DNA of 64,000 nt from positions 1 through 64,000 of the forward strand of contig MQRK01229265.1 of assembly GCA_001938485.1 (NCBI GenBank), written 5' to 3'. The position numbers and the translations under genes were made by a program. This DNA comes from Girardia tigrina. Lineage: Eukaryota. This document shows, one piece after another, positions 61,523-64,000 of the stretch (the stretch's first letter is position 1; each line of letters begins with the position of its first letter). The notes beneath the pieces are model-generated. The model saw nothing but the letters and a program-made list of their open reading frames with translations. It did not search any database and was not told the DNA's origin.

Positions 61523-62055
61523 NNNNNNNNNNNNNNNNNNNNNNNNNNNNNNNNNNNNNNNNNNNNNNNNNNTATATATATATATATATTATAGTATTGT
61601 ATTTTTAATCTTTAGTGAAAGTCATTCTAAGTTTTATGCAAGTCAAGTGGTGTTGGCCTTTGAATATTTGCACCATCTTGATTTGATCTATCGCGATCTG
61701 AAACCAGAAAATATTCTCATTGATACAAAAGGATATCTTAAAGTAAGAATTTTTAACGTAATTCATTTTTAAAATAATTTCAGATCACAGATTTTGGTTT
61801 TGCAAAACGGATTAAAGGTAGAACGTGGACACTCTGTGGAACTCCAGAATATTTAGCTCCAGAAATCATTATGAGCAAGGTTGGAGATTTCATATTTTAA
61901 TTATAATTGAGTTATTTTCAAATATTTTCTAGGGTTACAATAACGCTGTTGACTGGTGGGCTCTTGGAATTTTAATATACGAAATGTGCGCTGGGTACCC
62001 TCCATTCTTCGCTGATCAACCAATAAAGATTTATGAAAAAATCGTTAGTGCTAAA
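4851..62055 (+). CDS. PRKACA: cAMP-dependent protein kinase catalytic subunit (PKA-C), spliced, 3'-incomplete: join(4851-4899,4971-5032,5083-5211,5261-5359,24390-24472,61616-61742,61784-61879,61933-62055)
   Basis: The spliced frame is continuous: [59 protein letters not shown].../[26 protein letters not shown].../[35 protein letters not shown]...YRDLKPEN.../[27 protein letters not shown].../[12 protein letters not shown]...YEKIVSAK. All introns are GT-AG. The symbol denotes the PRKACA/PRKACB family, not a specific orthologue. Confidence 0.97.
4971..5032 (+). CDS. PRKACA: PKA-C coding exon 2
   Basis: ttttag| [21 protein letters not shown] |gtcgat. Confidence 0.93.
5083..5211 (+). CDS. PRKACA: PKA-C coding exon 3 (Gly-rich loop, catalytic Lys)
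   Basis: LGTGSFGRV and HAIKVLDK; flanked by tgtag and gttgag. Confidence 0.97.
5261..5359 (+). CDS. PRKACA: PKA-C coding exon 4
   Basis: [33 protein letters not shown]; ttcag / gtaaaa. Confidence 0.97.
7105..7241 (-). pseudogene. Orphan 5.8S rRNA copy (5'-truncated), probably with adjacent ITS2 at ~6960-7104
   Basis: The reverse complement reads ATCACTCGGCTTACACATCGATGAAAAACGTAGC...TGTGAATTAATG...TTGAACGCAAATGGCGGC...GTCTGAGGGTC, matching conserved 5.8S motifs with substitutions. No 18S or 28S is visible nearby. Confidence 0.9.
8702..10003 (+). mobile_element. Decayed full-length Tc1-family transposon
   Basis: TIRs AAGATATGGAATATTGTCAAAAA / TTTTTGACAATATTCCATATCTT with TA flanks. Frameshifted transposase [12 protein letters not shown]..., [28 protein letters not shown]. 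Confidence 0.9.
10400..10610 (-). mobile_element. Mariner N-terminal fragment
   Basis: [21 protein letters not shown] resembles the WFxRFxxGxFDxxD HTH region. Confidence 0.45.
11101..11667. mobile_element. Degenerate hAT (Buster/Charlie-like) MITE
   Basis: Ends CAGTAGTGCCC / GAGCACCCAGG, subterminal GAGCCGCA motifs, and 8-bp flanks TGATAATA / ATATAATA (6/8 identical, central TA). Confidence 0.5.
12997..14195 (-). mobile_element. Decayed mariner element
   Basis: TIRs TTAGGTCATTTCATATTG / CAATATGAAATGACCTAA with a right TA flank; minus-strand [18 protein letters not shown]. Confidence 0.92.
14930..15350 (-). mobile_element. Possible decayed non-LTR retrotransposon RNase H fragment
   Basis: Broken minus-strand peptides VVVGQQ... 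and [14 protein letters not shown] resemble the LGQ...IYIFSDSQAAL motifs of LOA/R1-type RNase H. Confidence 0.3.
17270..17700 (+). mobile_element. hAT-superfamily (hATm-like) transposase remnant
   Basis: [19 protein letters not shown]...DHWFS, then after a frameshift [24 protein letters not shown] (resembling NxxAERxxK). Confidence 0.55.
18440..18895 (+). mobile_element. Mariner 5' fragment
   Basis: TA-TTAGGTTG TIR start; ORF 18581-18886 with [25 protein letters not shown], ending at a decayed WVP motif. Confidence 0.85.
19860..20228 (+). mobile_element. Mariner 3' fragment
   Basis: [15 protein letters not shown]...LVARWRKCV; right TIR GGAACTTATGGATCGCACCAC. Confidence 0.88.
20329..20365 (+). 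ncRNA. Minimal type I hammerhead ribozyme motif (Penelope/retrozyme-like)
   Basis: AGAA-CTGATGA-T-GCC ATAAA GAC-GAA-ACATGT-T-TTCT: intact core, palindromic stem III, 4-bp stem I, one mismatch in stem II. Confidence 0.65.
20487..21425 (+). mobile_element. Decayed mariner element; a second orphan left TIR follows at 21463
   Basis: TA-CGTTGTGCGTTCAATAAGTACC TIR; [30 protein letters not shown] and HLPYSP fragments. Confidence 0.85.
23077..24325 (-). mobile_element. Decayed full-length mariner element
   Basis: Degenerate TTAGGTGTA-type TIRs with TA flanks; [42 protein letters not shown]. Ends 64 bp before PKA-C exon 5. Confidence 0.92.
24390..24472 (+). CDS. PRKACA: PKA-C coding exon 5
   Basis: ttttag| [27 protein letters not shown](S) |gttagt. 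Confidence 0.97.
24743..25292 (+). mobile_element. Mariner 5' half, truncated after WVPHDL
   Basis: TA-TTAGGTTGGTCGAAAAATAATGGCGG TIR; [25 protein letters not shown]...PRTTIRELA. Confidence 0.9.
25300..26014 (-). mobile_element. hAT-superfamily (hATm-like) transposase fragment
   Basis: [28 protein letters not shown] and a CRHH-like [10 protein letters not shown] motif. The subgroup name is from memory. Confidence 0.7.
27117..27604 (+). mobile_element. Non-autonomous TIR DNA transposon (CAGTGGTGRGATTCA termini), copy 1
   Basis: Termini CAGTGGTGAGATTCA / TGAATCCAACCACT, repeated ACCGGTTC subterminal motifs, TA-rich flanks. A homologous copy lies at 52252-52663 in the opposite orientation. Confidence 0.88.
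27609..27813. mobile_element. Tc1/mariner-type MITE (205 bp)
   Basis: ~42-bp TIRs CAGGGTGTCCCAAAAAT.TGTATACACATTAAAAATTTAATT; TA flanks. Confidence 0.93.
28575..29569. mobile_element. Unclassified insert with weak terminal inverted repeats, hosting a hAT MITE
   Basis: Ends CGGTAACCGTTAATTCGCCG / CGGCGAAAAAACGGCGAGCC, flanked by a 59-bp direct repeat (28516-28574, 29589-29647). Confidence 0.45.
28700..29193 (-). mobile_element. hAT (Buster/Charlie-like) deletion derivative
   Basis: TIRs CAGGGCTTCCCAAC / GTTGGGAAGCCCTG; TSD GCCTATAA / GTCTATAG (6/8); repeated TGGACCCC motifs; C-terminal remnant [24 protein letters not shown]. Confidence 0.92.
30072..31039 (-). mobile_element. Long-TIR (foldback/MULE-like) element with a decayed internal ORF
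   Basis: ~100-bp inverted arms built from TTTTACGCTAA / TTTTACAA units (30072-30170 vs 30942-31039). The interior reads [14 protein letters not shown]... with stops on the minus strand. Confidence 0.65.
31075..31129. repeat. (ATT)n microsatellite
   Basis: Interrupted ATT run. Confidence 0.9.
32370..33030 (-). mobile_element. Mariner fragment
   Basis: [20 protein letters not shown]...[11 protein letters not shown]; upstream [10 protein letters not shown]. Confidence 0.82.
34082..36793 (-). mobile_element. Internally deleted Ty3/gypsy LTR retrotransposon
   Basis: 174-bp LTRs at 34082-34255 and 36620-36793; perfect TSD TACCT (34077-34081, 36794-36798); PBS-like TTGTGGCAG and purine-rich CGGGAGCG on the minus strand. 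Integrase C-terminus [14 protein letters not shown]...[16 protein letters not shown] is present; no RT motif seen. Confidence 0.92.
36960..37160 (+). promoter_or_regulatory. Intronic promoter/enhancer-like module
   Basis: AACAAAG, TGACTCA (36996-37002), near-palindromic CTGATTGGCTAGTCAATCAG (37101-37120), a further ATTGG, and a T-skewed tract downstream. Confidence 0.45.
38294..38921 (+). mobile_element. Non-autonomous Helitron-like element spanning an N gap
   Basis: 5' TATAAAAGCCCAAGTCACTGCCTGCCTG next to (TA)n; 3' hairpin GGCCGC-GAA-GCGGGCC then CTAG|T (38918-38922). Confidence 0.75.
39060..39125 (+). promoter_or_regulatory. Intronic CCAAT module
   Basis: ATTGG (39063) and CTGATTGGCTAGCCATTCA (39084-39102), followed by a ~500-nt T/G-skewed tract and a small ORF. 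Confidence 0.4.
39682..39852 (+). CDS. Hypothetical small ORF, 56 aa (or 51 aa if spliced: 39682-39751 + 39828-39913)
   Basis: [27 protein letters not shown]...; less AT-rich than its flanks and downstream of a CCAAT module. No family recognised. Confidence 0.3.
   Translation: MAEHVEEVKVDERDYLDNQKLRQGRFFPKARDLNSFYQTHQNNLDIFLRIEGQIEA
44160..45060 (-). mobile_element. Deleted pogo/Tigger-like element
   Basis: Subterminal CGTCGCCCTCGAATAAATGTCGCA. Broken minus-strand [34 protein letters not shown] (HTH) and [11 protein letters not shown]. Confidence 0.6.
45617..46708. mobile_element. Probable solo LTR (1092 bp)
   Basis: GC-richer block bounded by TGAAGTAC...GTACTTCA (TG...CA, 8-bp inverted ends); 4-bp flanks TGAA / TGAT; internal degenerate ~70-bp repeats. 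Confidence 0.55.
47080..47290 (+). mobile_element. Tc1 HTH fragment
   Basis: [21 protein letters not shown]. Confidence 0.6.
48725..49909 (+). mobile_element. Mariner element, pseudogenised, spanning an N gap
   Basis: ORF 48885-49409 ([25 protein letters not shown]) ends at a premature TGA, then [10 protein letters not shown]. Right TIR ...TATACACCTAA-TA. Confidence 0.93.
50618..51412 (+). mobile_element. Internally deleted mariner
   Basis: TIRs TTAAGTTCGAAGGAAAGTTTTGTCAG / CTGACAAAACTTTCGTTCTAATCTAA; [14 protein letters not shown] fused to [14 protein letters not shown] and WNVLKHPPY. Confidence 0.85.
51625..52234 (+). mobile_element. Internally deleted Tc1 element
   Basis: TIRs AGTCAGGTG.AAAAGTTTGTGAACGCTTGTT; TA flanks; N-terminus [14 protein letters not shown]...[17 protein letters not shown] from 51793. 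Confidence 0.92.
52252..52663 (-). mobile_element. Non-autonomous TIR DNA transposon, copy 2 of the 27117-27604 family
   Basis: The reverse complement matches 27117-27604 over most of its length; ends ...CCCACCACTG-TA. Confidence 0.9.
53668..53714 (+). ncRNA. Second minimal hammerhead ribozyme candidate
   Basis: TGAC-CTGATGA-T-GACG...CATC-GAA-ATATAT-T-GTCA: intact core, palindromic stem III, 4-bp stem I. Confidence 0.5.
53879..56411 (+). mobile_element. IS630-like DD34E transposon (Gambol-like), frameshifted, with a nested mariner
   Basis: ~47-bp TIRs CA.GGTTATTAATAATTATATCC.CTTTATTAAT with TA flanks. Transposase pieces at 53990-55011: [32 protein letters not shown] (D-34-E counted by hand). 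Confidence 0.9.
55118..56261 (+). mobile_element. Young mariner nested in the IS630-like element, mostly N gap
   Basis: Perfect 29-bp TIRs TTAGGTTGTTCGATATGAAACGGGTCAAA with TA TSD; ORF starts [23 protein letters not shown] and ends CVDNMGD. Confidence 0.95.
56743..57318 (-). mobile_element. Internally deleted mariner
   Basis: TIRs CAG.TTTGGCT.AAAA with TA flanks; ORF 56783-57079 with TCSDWVAKL...EDEPRSGRP...DPRATTR. Confidence 0.85.
57490..57900 (+). mobile_element. Mariner fragment
   Basis: [20 protein letters not shown] resembles LHEHLGMRKLxxRWVPHLL. Confidence 0.6.
59541..59715 (+). promoter_or_regulatory. Intronic promoter/enhancer-like module related to 36960-37160
   Basis: AAATGAACAAAGAA, TGATTCA, and AGAGCGAGTAATTGGCTCGAGT (18/22 identical to 37119-37140); T-skewed tract downstream. 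Confidence 0.45.
61616..61742 (+). CDS. PRKACA: PKA-C coding exon 6 (catalytic loop)
   Basis: [42 protein letters not shown]; tttag / gtaaga. Confidence 0.98.
61784..61879 (+). CDS. PRKACA: PKA-C coding exon 7 (DFG, activation loop)
   Basis: [32 protein letters not shown]. Confidence 0.98.
61933..62055 (+). CDS. PRKACA: PKA-C coding exon 8
   Basis: [41 protein letters not shown] |gtaagg. Confidence 0.98.
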
Positions 62056-62105
62056 GTAAGGATTGTTCAGTTTATAAGATAAGTATTATTTACTTTTCTT
62101 ATTTA

Positions 62106-62556
62106 TCAAAAGTACTTATCAAATATTGTTTTATTCGATTGTTTACGATTGCTACTCCAACGGATTTTAGAATTTAAAATCAGCTGCAGCTCCTTCGAAG
62201 AGTCAGCTATGATATGTGATTGCAAAATTTCGTTTTTTATAGGACACTGTCTGAACATTTTCACGATTTTTCTAGTTTTCTCAATTACTTCCACTATTTT
62301 TTTCAGAAAAGGACGTAGATTACTTTTTAAATTTTATTTTTGACTTTTTGGAAAAAAATTCCCATATCAATCAGTTATAAAGCAGTTATAAATTATAACT
62401 GATTAGTAGTTGATTTTGTTACCAAAAAGTAAAAATTCAAATTTAAAAAGAAATCAATCTTCTATACTTTTTTATCCTTATACAAAAAATCTGAAATCCA
62501 GAAATCCCGAGATCCCTAGTATTTCAATCCCGGGATCTCGGGATTGCCAGCAATAA
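62106..62556 (-). mobile_element. hAT transposase fragment with subterminal AATCCCG repeats
   Basis: IEKTRKIVKMFRQCPIKNEIL...LILNSKIRWSS (TRWNS-like); AATCCCGAGATCCC / GGGATCTCGGGATT at 62502-62546. Confidence 0.75.
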
Positions 62557-63729
62557 TTCTTCTAAGATCAGTGCATACATTTCTTTTGCAAATTTCGTAA
62601 TTTTTGACTGGAAAATCAAAATTTTAAAATATGTTCTGAAAGTAAAAAACACTAAAAATAAAATCGAGTATTTATTTAAAAAATTAATTAAAAAATTTTA
62701 TTATTTAAAAAAATTAAAAATATATTGGGAAAAAGAAAATGTTTAGAAAAGGAAATTTGAAACTTTAGAATTGAAACTTTTATTTGAGCAAGCCGGTATA
62801 ATTTAATATCTATAATTATCGTAAAATGGATCAATTATTTTATTTTAAATCATAATATTTTAATTTTTTTGCAAGGTTATTCTGTATTAAACGGAAAATA
62901 TTCTATAAGTAATTTTCGATTCAGGGAACATTTTAGAATAGTAAAGCATACTCAGTTTTTTATAATTTATTTATTATTTATTCTGGGTAAAAACAATAGC
63001 CATTTTGTTGTTCATAAAGATGGTCAATTATAAATGTCATCCTATCTTGTATGATACCATTTATTTAATATAATCCTATACCTTTTTTTAATATTTTCCA
63101 TCACAGTCGATATAATTTCCGTTTTTCCTGGACTTTTCTATCAATTAAATATTTTTCTTTCAAAAAATATTAAATGTGTAATGCTTTTATGAATTGTAAA
63201 ATGATTATTTTGAACTATTTTTATACTGAAAAATATTTTTTTATCAAAAATAAACTATGTATTTGATTGATAATTAATTATATAATTATTAATAAATTTT
63301 TAATTCTATAAAAAACTAATTTTATATTTTTATTCAAGAATAAAAACTACAAATAAATTTATTTAAGAAAAAAATATTTAATAATAAATATTTAAGAATT
63401 TTCATAAAATATTTTTATCACTCTTTTTTATAATTTAATTAAAGAAATATTTTTGCTAATAATACAAATAATTTATTAATAATTTAAAATAACTAAAAAT
63501 TTTGGTATGAACGTGGGGACATTTTTGAACTATAATAATTGATTATACATGACAAATAAATCACATCATAGCATCTTCAACTGATACAATATGTTTACAA
63601 ATTAGACAGATATTTATTTATTATTTACATTATTTACATACAGTTTATATTTGTTTTTGATTGAAATGAAGTCAGTTATTATTTTAACATAATTATTCTA
63701 AATCTCATTGCCCCAACAATGAAACAATA

Positions 63730-64000
63730 TAATCTGATATATTCAACAAAAAATGGAAACACTTTAAAAAATCAACAAAATAATTTGATGTAGGTCCACT
63801 TTTGTTGTAATTGGAACCTAATTATCTGAGGTATTGATTCATACAAATTTTGAATTGGTTCCTAAGAAACTTCAGTCCATTCGGAAATCGATTTCTTACT
63901 TCAATCTCTAAAATCGACAAAAAAACTTCAATAATGTCAAGGTCTGATGATTGTGGTGTTGAGATGTGATGCTCAAATTCAATAGAATTTTCCTTCGCCA
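63730..64000 (-). mobile_element. Tc1 3' fragment, continuing beyond the window
   Basis: PQSSDLDIIE and WTEVS..IQNLYESIP. Confidence 0.75.

Noticed and set aside
62056-64000. Search for PKA-C exons 9-10 (VRFP..., VEAPFIP...)
   Set aside because: Not found; presumably beyond the window.

Overview
Very AT-rich, transposon-dense eukaryotic DNA with N gaps. The 5.8S rRNA copy and the many mariner elements suggest a flatworm (planarian-like) genome; this is inference. The backbone is a + strand cAMP-dependent protein kinase catalytic subunit (PKA-C) gene, which the ORF track misses because its exons are short. Eight coding exons lie between 4851 and 62055 with intron positions matching vertebrate PRKACA; the last two exons lie beyond the window. 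Five introns are 41-71 nt and two are about 19.0 kb and 37.1 kb. A compact, intronless FCP1-like CTD phosphatase (FCPH + BRCT) lies divergently upstream on the - strand. The giant introns hold about 30 mostly decayed elements: mariner, Tc1, IS630/Gambol-like, pogo, hAT, Helitron-like, a deleted Ty3/gypsy element with its TSD, and a probable solo LTR. They also hold an orphan antisense 5.8S rRNA fragment and two minimal hammerhead-ribozyme motifs. The most intriguing observations are (i) an exactly 21-bp-phased array of RFX X-box-like motifs inside a Helitron-like insert between the two divergent genes, (ii) a recurring AP-1/CCAAT promoter-like module upstream of PKA-C and three more times inside intron 5, two copies followed by small ORFs, and (iii) the hammerheads. 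All family assignments come from motif recognition by eye; no database searches were run.
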